Shown: piece after piece, positions 48,531 through 64,000 of the stretch
How positions within the stretch are numbered: position 1 is the stretch's first letter
How the letters are laid out: every line of letters starts with the position of its first letter
Assembly (NCBI RefSeq): GCF_009914755.1
Contig: NC_060935.1
Reading direction: 5' to 3' (one strand)
Origin: the human T2T-CHM13v2.0 reference genome, Homo sapiens
DNA: 64,000 nt
Program-made: the position numbers and the translations under genes
Notes under the pieces: generated by a model
Database searches by the model: none
Told to the model about the DNA's origin: nothing
Seen by the model: only the letters and a program-made list of their open reading frames with translations

Positions 48531-50214
48531 TTTTAAGGTGTGAGTAAACCACAAAGCAAAAATGTTATTTTTGGGCTTCTAACAGTAACTGGGATTGCAT
48601 TGGAATTTGTTCAAGCTTAAAGAAGCTAGGATGATTTGAACATTTTTATTTCAAGAATGTATTTCAAAGTGATAGACTGAAAAATAAATAGAATTTAAAG
48701 TGTACTCTGACATTCTTATTATATCAAATTTGTTCAACACAGCAGACACTTTCAAAATTATCAGAAACCTAAACAAACAAATCATAAATAGATAATGCAA
48801 AACATCTAATGATTGTATTTTCTGTGTCAGTCTGAATTACTATTATGGTAAAGAGGAGCACAGGTGGCTTTTCCTTTTTAGAAACTCTACAGCCATACAA
48901 AGGATCCTTGCCTGTGTAATAACAGGGAAATGAACGCAGGAAGGAAAAAGGCCGCTGACATTAGGTAATGTTTAAAATCCTGACCCCTTGATTTGGGCAT
49001 ATGGTATTCACTTTATCATTTAACCCATATAGAGACCTTTCCAAGAGTGAAAATAAAATGACTCATTAAAATGAAAATTACAAAAACAAAGGTCAGCTAG
49101 TTCCCAGAAATTATAATTAGTAAATAAACAAATTATTCCCTCCCCATTTTTTATTTTGAATTATTTTAAAACTACAGAAAAGTTGTAAAACAATACAATG
49201 ATTATTCACATACCCCTCACCTAGATTCACCAAAGTACTAACCAATTGTTAGTATTTTGTTATCTCTCTGTCTCTTCCTCTCTCTCTCTCTTAATTGTTC
49301 TATTCTGACATTCATAAATAAGCAAAGATATATTTTAAGGATTTTTCAATACTCTTCAAGTCAGGTGTGAATCTCCCCCTGTCCACCAGGTTAACCAACA
49401 TGTCACAGATTCATAGAATGATTCTGTCATTGGAAAGTACCCAGTTATCTCAGAAACTTACTCCTAATCTAGCCCATTCTGTACCACAGAGTTCTGAAGT
49501 TCATTCTTTCAAGAAAGAGGAAGCAGCGATGGTAATTTTATCATTTACCCACAGGGCATGTAGGTGACAGTGATATATTCACTTGGTACCCTCAGTAACA
49601 AAACAAAGCTCCAACAAATCAATTTAAAGGGGGAAGGGATTACATTATCTTCCTCCTATCAAGGCAGGGTCTAAGTTTCACAGCAAAACCCTTTAGGGAA
49701 TTTGTGTGTTCTTCTCACCTTATCTCGTGCCTCTTCTGGAATAACCTGCTAATTGATTTCCTTGCCTCCCATTTACCCCTGCACTCTCTAACTTATCTTG
49801 CACACAGCTGCCAGCACAATCTTTAGTAGGAAATCCTACTTCGATCCTGTCATTCTCCTGACCAGAAATGTTCACCAATGTCCTATGTCAAACAGGATAC
49901 ATTTCTGACTTCTTAATCTAGGAGTGATGTTCAGCTGGTATGACTTAGTATGGTTATACCAGTTGTTACAGTGTTGAAATACTTCCATACCACTTGATAA
50001 AGAGAAATACTTAACTTACTGACTCTATAAATGACCTAAGAATCTAGCCTAGCATCAGCTTCGACAAAGAGTAATGGGGCTTGGGAATGGTGCTGACATG
50101 AAGGTGGCTGGTCAATGGTAATTGCTTAGTAGACAAAGGTAATGGAGGTGGTGCCAGTGGTGGTGGCCTGAGCAGATCCTGACAGGTCCAAGTCAAGATA
50201 TCATCTTTGTTTTA

Positions 50215-51250
<1,036 letters not shown>

Positions 51251-52216
51251 TCTAGGTACCTGTTAGCTATTTTATCGTCACAGTATTCTATGTAGTTATA
51301 AATCTGGTAGCCTGTCCTAATCTTTTGGCTTCACCTCTCTTATATTTATATCCCAGCACCAGCACAGTGCTTGGCACTAAACTGATTTAGTGGAATCTAA
51401 CTTTTTATTATAATAAATTATAATCAACCTGTTATAGACCTTGGACAGAGACTTCTTGGAGTAGCTTTATTCTTTTCTTTCTCTTGGCTTTGACTTTGGG
51501 AGTAGAAAGAATCAGATTCCTTATAAAGATGTGTTATAAATTTCTCAAGTTATGCATGTTGTCTATAAAGCAAATGTTGTAAACTGGCAGCCCAGAGGTT
51601 CAATATATTGCTGGATGTTATTTGTTTTGCTCAGTGGTGGATTAAAGTTTTTTGAGGGTGCATTTAAAAATCAAAAGAGTTCACAGTTTTTCATAGAAAA
51701 AAGAAATCATATTTCAGGTTTTTATTTTAAAGGAAGATCTGGACACAGCGAACTCAATTTCGTGCAACAATTGGCCAAAGCTGAGTAACAGTTGCTCACT
51801 TCAACCTGGGCATCAGCCCCTGGGGCTGTCCTAGTTACCACCTATCCTTTCTCATTCATTTGTCATCTGCCTGGATCCCAGGAAGACCTTGAGTTTGTGA
51901 TTACTATTGTAAAGAAAGTTTCCATAAGGGGCGTAATTTTTTTTTTTTTTTTTTTTTTTTTTACACCTTGCTGTGTGGAATTAGAATTTTCCCAGCTTTT
52001 CCTATCCAGAGTCTTGGTTTCATTTGATAGGATAGGAGTTAAAGAAGAAAATTTGGAAAAAGGCACTAACTTAGATATGAGGGGAAAGAGAGCAGTTAGG
52101 AAAGGAGCAAATTCAGGTTTTATGGGATGAGAAGCTTATATAATTTTTTGGATCCCCCTTTTTTTGTGCGTGTGTGTGTGTGTGTTCTCCTGGACTTAAC
52201 TTTAAAAAAAAAAAAT

Positions 52217-52818
<602 letters not shown>

Positions 52819-52829
52819 TTAATTTTTTT

Positions 52830-53318
52830 CTTCATTATCCACTTTTTTCTGGATGTAATCCTCTTCTTGGATCTAAGGATTCTTAAATCCTCTGCAGTCT
52901 GTTTCCCAGGCTCCTATGTCAGATGCCTTTGGCCAATGGGAGCCACTGGCTGGAGATGAGAGGGTGGGAGAGTTTTTATCCAGACCTCTCTCTCTGGGTG
53001 GCATCTTCACAAGCAGCTGCATCTCCTCCTGTTTTTAGGTCTTACTGGATAAACCTTTTATGGATCTAACTTCCAATAGGAGACTTTAGCCTCTGGGCTT
53101 TGTTCATGGGCCCCTTCCCTTTATCTCTCCAGCAAAGTGGTAGTAGACATTTCTGGTTGTTGCTAATCTCTGGGTTACCTCACTATTCCCACTTTGACTT
53201 TTCTGCTCCTCTGTCAGCAGAGGAGCAAAATGTAATCAATTCCCTGCATTACAATCCTCTTGTTTTAAATACTCAGAGTGGATTATTTTTCTTTTTTCTT
53301 CTATTGGACTCTGATACA
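52830..53318 (+). mobile_element. LTR33-like ERVL LTR
   Basis: TTTGGCCAATGGGAGCCACTGGCTGGAGATGAGAGGGTGGGAG...GTTGCTAATCTCTGGGTTACCTCAC...CTGATACA. Confidence 0.6.
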
Positions 53319-53914
53319 TTGATTGATGTTGGGACAATTTTGTCTAGCTTTATTCATACATTGTTCTGATGCTTAATTCTATGATCTTACGATTCTTATT
53401 AAAAACTGTCATTTTTAATATAAAGTCTTCATGCTTTTGCCACCATGTTCTTTACTTCATGAAGTTGACTGTGCTTGTTGGCTTGTTTGATTATTTAAAA
53501 GTATCTTTGAATTACCCAGACTATGACAAACTTAGGTTGTATGAGAGTGATTTTCTTGTACAGATATGCATAGAGCAACCCTTATGAATGAAATATTGAA
53601 ATACTAAAGTATGTCCCAAACACTATTCTTATAAAGTATGTGAACTTGGTATGGATCTAATATAAAAACATATATTAGATGATGATATAAGTAGTGTTTG
53701 ATTTTATGAACTTTTTTTATGGAAAATTTCAAAAATATACAAAGTAAATAGAATTGCATAATGAATCCATAGGTTATCATCACCCAGCTTCAACAATTAT
53801 CAATACTCTGTTATTCTTATTTCACCTATACCTCCATCCAATCCCTACTCCCTCACCAAAATATTATAATTTCTATAGTTTTTTATAGTAAAATTTTACA
53901 CATGAAAATATACA

Positions 53915-53930
53915 AATATATATACATATA

Positions 53931-53977
<47 letters not shown>
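53915..53977. repeat. (TA)/(TG)n microsatellite at an Alu-monomer tail
   Basis: About 15 TG units flanked by TA repeats. Confidence 0.9.
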
Positions 53978-54118
53978 TTAATAGAGACAAGGTGTCGCTC
54001 TGTCACTCAGGTTAGAGTGCACTGGTGCAATCATAGCTCACTGTAACCTTGAACCTCTGGCCTCAAGAAATCCTCCGATCTCAGGCTCCCAAAGTGCTGG
54101 GATCTGCCACACCCAGCC
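53978..54118 (-). mobile_element. Alu monomer / deleted AluJ
   Basis: GAGACAAGGTGTCGCTCTGTCACTCAGG...CTCCCAAAGTGCTGGGAT...GCCACACCCAGCC. Confidence 0.85.
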
Positions 54119-54994
54119 TAAAATAAACAAACCTTAGTTGTACAAGTTTGACTAATGGATGTCCCTGGGTAACCATATCTTTACCATAATACAGAGTTTT
54201 CAATCTCCTAAGAAGATTGCCTCCTGTACCCCCCCAGGCAATTCCTATCCTACCCGTGAAGGAACCACATTTCTGATATTTTTTAACCCTTGTATTAGTT
54301 TTGCCTCTTTTATAATATATGCAAACATAAAAACATACAACATGCAGTGAAATCAGAAGTATGTACACTTCTGTGTCTGGCTTTATTTGGCCAGCATATC
54401 TGTGATACTCATTCATGTTGTGTGTATTAACAATTCACTCCTGTTGGAATTGCACTGTATGGATATACTTTGATTTCTCCAGTTTGCGGATCTGGTAAGT
54501 TTCCTGGTTTTGTGTCTTTTGAATAAATTTTTAATGAATATTCTTATACATTTTTTTTGGTGATCATTTTTCTCATGTCTCTCGGATAAGTAGGAGTAGA
54601 ATTATTGGGTCAAGGGTAGATACTTAACTTCATACTAAACTACTAAAACTTTTTTATAGGTGAATTGCCTTTTTACTTTCCCATCATCAATATATGAGAG
54701 TTCCAGTCACGTCACAATGTTGCAAATATTTGGTATTGTCATGCTTTTTATATTTTACCATTCTACTGAGTGTGGAGTTGCACCTCATTGTGATTTGAAT
54801 TTGCATATTTCTAAGAAGTAATGGTATTGCATACCTTTTTCATTTGCTTCATTCTTTAACTAGTGTTTTCAAGTGCTTTGCCCAATTTTTAAATTGAGTT
54901 GTTTGTCTTTTATTATTGAGTGAGTGTAGAAGTTCTTTATATATTCAGAATATGTATCTTATGAATGTATTCTTGGTATGTGTGGCTTGCCTGT

Positions 54995-55327
54995 ATTTTA
55001 TTTTATTTTGAAGCAGGTCTCACTCTTTCACTCAGGCTGGAGTGTGGTGGCACAATAATGACTCAGCTCACTGCAGCCTTGAGCTTCCGGGCTTGGGTGA
55101 CTCTCCGACCTCAGCCTCCTTAGTAATTGGGACTACAGGTGCATTCCACCACACCTCCCAGCTAGTTTTGTTTTTTGTTTTTGTTTTTGTTTTTTTTGTA
55201 TTTTTTTGTAGACACAGGGTTTTGCCATATTGCCCAGGCTGGTCTTGAACTCCTGGACTCAAGTGATTGGTCCGCCTCAGCCTCCCAAAGTGCTGAGATT
55301 ATAAGAGTGAGCCACCACACCCCGACC
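54995..55327 (-). mobile_element. AluJ-type SINE
   Basis: Dimer with expanded T-rich linker; CTCAGCTCACTGCAGCCTTGAGC. Confidence 0.9.
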
Positions 55328-56159
55328 TGTTTATTTTAAAGAGTAGAATTTGAACAGCAACAACTTTTAATTTTGATGTAGTTTAATTTATTCATATTTT
55401 CTTTTACAGATATTGCTCTGTAAATAAATCTTTGTCTACTCCCAAGTTACAAAGATAATCTCTTATATTTTCTTCCCAAAGCTTTGTAGTTTTACTTTTA
55501 GATTTTTATCTATAACCCAGCTCAAATTAATTTTCATGTATGGTATGAGATAACGATTGTGGTTTATTCTTTTCCATATGTACACCAGTTGTTCCAGAAC
55601 AATTTGCTGAACAGTTTTTCTTTCTTCATAGAATTACTTTGGAGCTTTTCTCAAAAAATAACTTATTGCCTAAGTGTAGGCTTATTGCTGGACTCCCCAG
55701 TCTGTTCCATTATCTATTTGTCTGTCCTTAGCCAATATGACAAGACTACAGTCTTTATTATGGAAGTTTTAATGTAATTATTTAGTATAGGACCTTCAGT
55801 TGTATTCTTTTTTAAAAATTGTTTTGGATATTATAAATCTTTTGCATTTTAAAATACATTTTAGTATCAGTTTATGAATTTCTATAAAAATGCCTGAAGT
55901 GATTTTAAAAGGGACTGTGTTGAAGTTACATATTATGTTAGGGGGAATTTACATCTTAATACTATTGATTCTACAAATCCATAAACATAGTATATCTCTC
56001 CATTTATTTAGTACTTCTTTAATGTCTTGGTTTTCACGTAGAAGTTTTTGAATCTTTATTAAATTGATTCTTAATTTATATGTTTTATGCCATGTTAAAA
56101 CATTCTTTTTCAAATATTTGTTGTGAATAGATATTCATTTGTTTTAAAAAAACTGACTT

Positions 56160-56249
56160 CATGTTGATGTGTCTGTTGGCTGCATAAATGTCTCTTTTGT
56201 GCACATGTACCCTAGAACTTAAAGTATAATAAAAATATGTATATATTGA
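56160..56249 (+). mobile_element. ~90-bp 5'-inverted L1PA insertion
   Basis: Antisense ORF2 piece + sense L1PA 3' terminus + A-rich tail, between 14-bp TSDs AAAAAAACTGACTT. Confidence 0.85.
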
Positions 56250-56507
56250 AAAAAAACTGACTTTATATATGAGACCTTACTAAACTCACTTATTAGTTCT
56301 ATTAATTTGTTTTCATGGAAACAATTATGTCATCTGCCTACAGAGACAACTTTATTTTTCCTTTCCTTTATTTTTTCCTACACTACTATGTTAAATAAAG
56401 GAGTGAAAGCAGACTTACTTTTTTATTTTTTTTTTTAATTTTAGGGGAGAAAGCATTCTGTATGTCATTAGCTATGACTTTTTCATAGATGTCTTATATC
56501 AGATTGA

Positions 56508-56738
<231 letters not shown>

Positions 56739-57959
56739 TGAGAAATTTTGTCAAATGTTTTTTCTACATATATTAAAATGACTGTATGTTTTTCCTTTGT
56801 TCAGTTGTATGTAGTATTGTATTTATTAATTTTCAAATGTTAAATCAACCTTGCATTCCTGGGATAAACTCTGCTTGGCTTGATGTGTTACCTTTCTGCA
56901 TTTTTAAAAATTTCCTCATATATTGTTATTTATTTCATATATTTTCGGGAGACACTTTGATCTACAATTTTTCTTCTTTCTTTACTCTTTTTCTTTCCTT
57001 CTTTCTTTTGTTTCCTCTTTCTTCCTTCCTCTCTCTCACTTTCTTTCTTTCTATTGGGATATCAGGATTACTATTGCTTCCTAGAATAAATTTAGAGATG
57101 TTTCTTCTTTCTCTATTTTCTGAAATAGTTTGTGGAAGATAAGCATTATTTCTTTCTTAAATATTTGATAGCATTTACCAATGAAAATGTTGAGACTGGA
57201 GTGTTTTTGCTTGTTTATTTTTGTGTGTATTTGAGGAAGATTTTGATAACAGATTATTTTCTTAGATAGAAATACGAGTGTCCAAATATCCCATTTTATC
57301 ATGTTTGCTTCTAAGTTGTGTCTTTTCAAATAATTAGTTGATTTTATTAAAGATGTCAAATGTATTCATATAATATTGTTAATAGTATGCCCTTATTTTC
57401 ATTTTGATGTCTGAATGGTCTATAGTGGAATCTTTTTTATTATTGATATTGGTATTTTGTATTTTTTCATGATCAATCTTTCTAGGTTTAAATTTTTGTC
57501 TTAATACTTTCAAGGAACTAAATTGTTAATTTTGTTGATTTTATTCATTGTTTTCAATTTTATTGATTTCTTCTCTTTACATTTGCTTTTTCCTACTTCA
57601 TTTAGATTAAATTTTCTTTTTCTTCTAACTTCTTAAGATTGAAAATATAGATAAATAATTGAAGCTTGTCTTTCTTTTTACTATGAACACTTAAAGCTAT
57701 AAACTTCCCTATAAGCATTGTTTTAATTGCATCTTGTCATTTCTGATGTGCTAAATTTCATTATCATTCAGTTAGAAACATTTTAAAATTTCCTTTTGAT
57801 TTCTTTCTTTGTTGACCCATGAATTGTTGAGAACTATGTTATTTAATTTCCAAGTATGTGAGACTCTCCAAATATCTTGTTGTTACTTAATTCTACTGTG
57901 GTGAGAAAATATACTCTATAAACTCTACACTTAATCTTTTGAAACTTATTTATTAAAAT

Positions 57960-59730
57960 ATTATTAGATTTTATATTTTTTGACATATAAAAATCGGTGT
58001 GTATTCAAGGTATACAACTTGATGAGTTTGGGGATAAGTATACATTCATGAAACCATTACCACCATGAAAGTCATACACATATTCATCACCTCCCAAAGC
58101 TTCCTCTCATGCCTTTTATTACTGTTATTTTTGTGGATGTGGTAACAACATAACAACTCTTTATTTGTCTTAACAAATTTGAAGTATGTAATACAGTATT
58201 GTCAGCTAGCTATAGGCACTATGCTGCATAGTAAACCCTTTTTTTTTTTTTGAGATGGAGTCTTGCTCTGTCACCTGGGCTTGAGTGCGGTGACAAGATC
58301 TCGCCTCATGGCAACCTCCATCTCGCCTCCCAGGTTCAAGCGATTCTCCTGCCTCGGCCTCCCAAGTAGCTGTGATTACAGGCAGCTGCCACCACGCATC
58401 GCTAATATTTTTGTATTTTTAGTAGAGACAGGATTTCACTATTTTGGCCCGGCTGGTCTCGAACTCCTGACCTTATGATCCCCCTGCCTGGGCCTCCCAA
58501 AGTGCTGGGATTACAGGCATGAGCCACCATGCCTGGCCGCCGCATAGTAAACCTTTAGAACTTATCTTGCATAACTGAAACTTTATCCTTTGACCATCAC
58601 CTCCCTGTTTTCCCCTCCCCCTTACCCCTAGCAAACACTATTCTACTCTCTGTTTCTATGAGTGTGATTATTTTAAGTCCCATATATAAATGACATCATA
58701 TAGTATTTTTCTTTCTGTGTCTGGCTTATTTCCCTTAGCATAATTTCATCCGGGTTCATACATATTGTCACAAAGGGCAGGATTTCTTTCTTTTTTAATG
58801 CTGAATAATATTCCATTCTATATACATATGCCACATTTTCTTTATTCATTCATCCATGGACATTTAGGTAGTTTCCGTATCTTGGCTATTGTCAATAATG
58901 CTGCAATGAGCATAGGACTGCAGATATCTCCTTGCGATCTTGATTTAAATTATTTTGGGTAAATATCTAGAAGTAGGATTACTGAATCAAATGGTAGTTC
59001 TATTTTTAATTTTCTGAGGACTCTCAATACTGTTTTCTATAATGGTTGCCCCAATTTACATTTCCATGAACAGTGTACCAGAGTTCCATTTTCTCCATAT
59101 TCTTGCCAACACTTACTATCTCTTTTTTTAAATAATAATAACTAATAGACATAAGGTGATAGCTCCTTGTGATTTTAATTTGCATTTCCCTGATGGTTAG
59201 TGATGTTGAGCACATTTTCATATATCTGTTGGCCATTTGTATGTCTTCCTTAGAGAAACATCTGTTCAGGTCCTTTGCCCATTTTTAAGTCAGGTTATAT
59301 TGTTTTACTGCTATTGAGTTGTATGATTTCCTTATGTGTTTTAGATGTTAATCCCTTATCAGAGATATGGTTTGCAAATATTTTCCCATTCCATGGGTTG
59401 TCTTTTCATTTATTGATTGTTTCCTTTGTTGTGCAAAACCTTTTTAGTTTAATGTAACCCCACATGTTTGTTTTTGCTTTTGTTGTCTATGCTTTTGGTG
59501 TCATATCCAAACATTCATTGTCAAGACCAGTGTCAAGGATTTTTTTTAGGAGTTTTATAGCTTCAAGTCTTATGTTTAACTCTTTAATTTTGAGTTGATT
59601 TTTTGTGTATCACATATAATAAAGGTCCGGTTTCATTCTTTTGCATGTAGATATAATTTGACCAACACCATTTATTGAATGAGCTATTCTTTCTCTATTT
59701 TGTATTGTTGGCACTGCTGTTGAAGATTAC
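57960..59730 (-). mobile_element. L1MA-type LINE 3' portion, antisense
   Basis: Minus ORF 59024-59236 ([23 protein letters not shown]...) is the L1 ORF2 C-terminal region; typical L1MA 3' UTR. Confidence 0.88.
58239..58538 (-). mobile_element. AluS-type SINE inserted in L1MA
   Basis: Full dimer; TSD GC(T/C)GCATAGTAAACC at 58223-58237 and 58539-58553. Confidence 0.95.
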
Positions 59731-60304
59731 TGAATATGCTAGATTCTAGGTTCTGTTGTATTATTGTAAAGAGTGAGTTTTGTCTTAGTAGATAGTTAAT
59801 ATGGTTGAATTCAATACCTAAATTCTGTGACTCCTGTGATCAGCAGGGGTGGGAATCTATGCTCATTTATTTAAGCTTCTACTAAATTATCCTCCTGCCT
59901 CTATGTTTTTCTTGTTTTAATATAAGAGGACAAAAAACATGCTCAGAAAACTCTTTATATTGAGCTTGCTTCCTTCAGCGTTTGAGTTAATGAATGGAGA
60001 GACTATGGCATATACGATGCTGAATTCAAATGCTGAAGACTAATTCATTAATATTTTATTGAATAAATATTTCTTAAACCCGCTTTGTGTCAATTACTCT
60101 GCATTTTTGTATTCTAGGAATACAAAAATAAAGAAGATTTTCAAGGACCTTATAGTCTAGTGAGTGGGACAACCAATACATAGATTAATATAAAGGAATA
60201 TAATAAATATTTTAATGGAGACACAGAGTGAATTTGTAGGAGCATACAGGATAGGTATCTAACCTAGCCTGGTAGTATTAAAACAGAAATTTTTGTTTGT
60301 CTGC

Positions 60305-60597
60305 TTTGTTTTCTTTTTAACTTAAGGTCTTGCTCTGTCACCCAGGCTGGAGTGCATAGTGCCATCATAACTTACGGCAACCTCAAACTCCTGGGCTCAA
60401 TTGATCCTCCTACATCAGCCTCTTGAGTAACGGGGACAAATGTGTACTACCATGGCCGGATTTTTTTTTTTTTTAATGTATTGTAAAGCAAGGTTTATGT
60501 TGCCCAGGCTGGTCTCAAACTCCTGGGCTTAAGCAATCTGCTTGTCTCAGCCTCCCAAAGAGTTGGAATTACAAGCATGAGCCACCACACCCAGCCT
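60305..60597 (-). mobile_element. AluJ-type SINE
   Basis: GGTCTTGCTCTGTCACCCAGGCTGGAGTG...CTCCTGGGCTCAA...GAGCCACCACACCCAGCC. Confidence 0.9.
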
Positions 60598-62334
60598 AGA
60601 AAGTGTATTATAAGGAGGTACACCTTAAGTAAAAACATGGAAATATTTAGAGACTACAAGAATGAATACAAAATCTCCATACATTTCTAGCATTTTTGTA
60701 AGATATTTTATTTCATTTCAACTCAACTAAAATTTACTAAACATTTACTGTGTGTCTCACGTTGTTGCAAACACTAAGGAAGAAAATAAATTCTTATGAA
60801 GCATCTCACAATATACCCAAGGAAAAGGAAGGAAAAATGGACACTCTTTTTACACAAAAAAATCTTCATTAGCCATCACCATGACTTTTTTAAAAAATTT
60901 TTTTCCTAATTTTTAGGTAAGAAAATGGAATCTCAGAAAAATTAAATAACACAGATAAGGTTATAGAGATAATAACTGAAAGAATAAAGACTGAAAACCA
61001 AATCCATCTACTCCAATTCATGCTATTTCTACCAATTTTATAAGACAATATTAAGAACAATTCTAACTTCATCAATTTCTATTTCATTTCTAGAAAATAA
61101 AAATCAATATGTCACATGTACGTAGTTTTAAAAATCAAATAATTCTGACTGTTATAATTTAAAAATCTCAGAATAAAAAAACAAAATTCTCAACCACAGA
61201 GAAACATCTAAAATGGAGAATTACACTCCAAAGCTCAATAATTTATGTAAGTATTTTTCTAGTATTAATATAGTATAATGCTTGCAAAATGATGAAACAT
61301 ACTGGGTAGATATAAAATTCTGTGTAAGACCTAATTTAAGCTATTTGTAATGTGCCTTTAACTTTGTGTTTTCAGGGTTTGCCCTGAGATTTTGCTAGTT
61401 TATAATATGCCATTATAAAGATGTAAAAAAATAACAGAATGAAGCCATATGGTTCTATATCAGATATCTTTACAAAATAAACAATTAGCAATATTTCAAA
61501 TAATTCTTGAACACACGTCTACAATTTCAAGGAATTAACACAAGCAAACTAGTACTCACTCACTTTCATGTCAAGAAATATTCAGAGTATATGATTTGAA
61601 ATGATAGAACCTCACTACTGGGTTTACTATATGAAATATGCAGGATATTACAAGTGTCATTTTATCTAGTAGCTGAGTTCTGTGACATGGAAACTAAGTT
61701 TGGACCATCTGCCACACTCAGGACACCAGCAAGTCATCTCCTGTTATGGCTCAAGAGAAAAAATAATACATTTCAGATCATAATGGGGACACAGTTAAGT
61801 CCTTGGTTAAAAACAAAACAAAACAAATGTATTCCAATAAGAGAATAGCAAGAGAAATAATGAAGTGGGAAAAGTTAAAAATGACCAAATATTCCAAAGT
61901 GCATTGCACACTACTTTGTGCACTACCAGGGTTCTAGCACACATAACAATATTGACACTTCCTAACAAATGTTTATGTTTCAGAAATTTGTTTCTAGGGC
62001 AATTGTGTATAATCATAAACAACTTTCTAATTTAAACAAATGCTAAGTGGTGTTTCAGTTCTAAGTTTAGGCTAGAGAAACTCATTTAATAGTGAATAAC
62101 TTGATTGTAACATAATGATACTGTACAATATAAGCACTATTGAGAACATTCAAGAAAACACATTCTATTTTCTCCCTTGAAACTCTAGAAATGTATTTTC
62201 CTTCATTGAGGAAGTAGCTTTAGTAGTCCACTAGGGGTAGGGAGAAAAGCAGAACAGGTTTCAAATTGGGAGAACAGAGGAAATTGCAGAAGGTAAGACT
62301 CTGGTAGGGGCAGTAGAAGTTGAAACACTGGATA

Positions 62335-62675
62335 TGACTAGAATTTATTGGGTGGAGTTTCTGGAAAAGCACTTTAAAGAGGGCTAACTGAGCTTTGAGA
62401 AACACACTCTTTGCTCTTTGCTTATCCTGCCCTGAGTGCAGATGTGATGGCTGGAGCTGGAGTGGATGTCTTATAGACATGAGTGGACTTTAAGAAGTCA
62501 TGCACTAAGGATGGGAAATAAGAAAGGATACACTTGGAAAATTGGTAAAAGTAGGAACTGTTTTTCAGCTTGACACTGCCTGCGTTTAAACTTCATTTAT
62601 GTGAGACAAAATAAACATGAATCTTGTTTAAGTCACTCGTATTTTGGATATTTGTTCCTAGCAACCAAATACTAG
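62335..62675 (+). mobile_element. Old MLT1-type LTR
   Basis: CAGATGTGATGGCTGGAGCTGG...ATGTGAGACAAAATAAAC...TTGTTTAAGTCACT...TTTGTTCCTAGCA. Confidence 0.6.
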
Positions 62676-63129
62676 TCCTAAGTGATACAAGGGACATAAT
62701 GAAAATTTATTGAGAACATTCTCTTTGCCAGGCAAAGTGAATCTGTTCTGAGGATAACAGATGAAAGACATTACTCTTACTTTCAAAGTGCTTAGTCTAT
62801 AGCAAGTAAACCAATGACTATAATAATGTGTGATGAGTGTTTGTATGTTAGAGGAGCACTTAGGAGGAACACTCAATCTCACTTGTGGCATTCTTTTAGT
62901 TAAAAAAAAATCTTGTGTTATTTGGTCATGATCCTGATTTAGCTAAAGAATTTTATTATGTTACAGCTGCAAAATACTTGTAGGATTAGATTCTTACTTT
63001 TCATTTCTCCTACCCCAGTTTTTTTCATTTTGGTGAATGGCACCCACTCACCCAATTTAGATTTTCATTTCACCTTTGATTATTTGTCTAGCTGTGAAGC
63101 AGTTTCATATATCCTATTGGAAGTAGTTG

Positions 63130-64000
63130 AGGTTTTTGAATCTGTAAATTGATATCTATCAGCAGTTTTGAAAAATTCTTAGCCATTTTCTCTTCAAATG
63201 TGGCTTCTGCTTCTTATCTCTTTCCTGTACCCTGAGGCTCAATCAAATGTGTATTAAACCTCTCCCTGTCTGCTCTGTGCTCAATTCTGAATTTTCTATC
63301 CTTTTGTCTTTCCCTGCTTAATTAGTGATATTTTCTTCTATTTCACTAATTATCCCTTCAACTACATCAACCATCCATTGAATTCTTCATTTTGTTGTTG
63401 TATTTTTCAATTATTGAATTTCTATTTGGTTTCTTTGCCCATTTGTCTTGTCACTTTTTAAGAGTTTCTGAGTCTCTGTTTGAAATTATTAGGATTGAAC
63501 TTTTCCTCCTTGAATATAGTTGATTTATATTCTGTGACTGAAAATTCCAAGATTTGAAGTATTGATTGGTTTATTTTTATTCGTTTTACATCTGCTAGTC
63601 ATGTCTTCTCATGTATCTAATTAGGTTTGGTTTTATTCTTGGCTTGATCAAATATTTGTAGAAAAATGTGTAGAGAATATTATATTTCTCTGTAAAGGAT
63701 TTTTGTCTCAGACAGGTACCTGTGCATTAGTAATTAAAGATTATCCTAATCCAGTTTCCATGCCTGAAATTTTGCTAGGTCACCCAGATGGCTAAAAGCT
63801 GGGTGCCATCCGTGCAAGTGCTATTTTGCCTTCAGTTCACCTATCTTTCATGATATATCCCACCAGGGTGCAAGGCCAAGGTAGAGATGGCTCAGCAGAG
63901 TTCCCACTCTTGCCAAACTTTGGACTGACTTGTATTTCCTACACTTCTTGAGGATATTAAAAGTACAACTCAACCTCTGGGACTCCTCTCCTGGATGGGC
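63130..64000 (-). mobile_element. Old L1M 5'/ORF1-region fragment
   Basis: TTTTGAAAAATTCTTAGCCATTTTCTCTTCAAAT...CCATCCATTGAATTCTTCATTT antisense L1M motifs. Confidence 0.6.

Noticed and set aside
59024-59236. ORF resembling a retroelement protein
   Set aside because: Decayed L1 ORF2 fragment, not a host gene.

Overview
Primate (very likely human) genomic DNA containing the 5' end of MPPED2 (metallophosphoesterase domain-containing 2, 239FB/C11orf8) on the minus strand. I recognised the gene from its first coding exon (24516-24764; CDS 24516-24643 = MAHGIPSQGKVTITVDEYSSNPTQAFTHYNINQSRFQPPHVH(M)), which the ORF track misses. A ~3 kb CpG island (~28.05-31.1 kb) carries several minus-strand splice donors consistent with alternative non-coding first exons, one behind a CCAAT/GC/TATA cassette. 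Positions 1-24.5 kb are the following long intron; the next coding exon is not in the window. Positions 31-64 kb are upstream DNA that becomes progressively denser in Alu, L1, L2, MIR, LTR and DNA-transposon relics, with a few well-formed plus-strand exon candidates that may belong to the antisense lncRNA MPPED2-AS1. I see no evidence of a new multi-gene system. The best leads are regulatory: two strong candidate cryptic/poison exons in the intron, a heavy uORF load in the 5' UTR, an orientation-ambiguous TATA promoter with a degenerate RE1, an RFX X-box, and a ~90-bp twin-primed L1 insertion. All repeat subfamily names come from recalled consensus sequences and were not checked by search.
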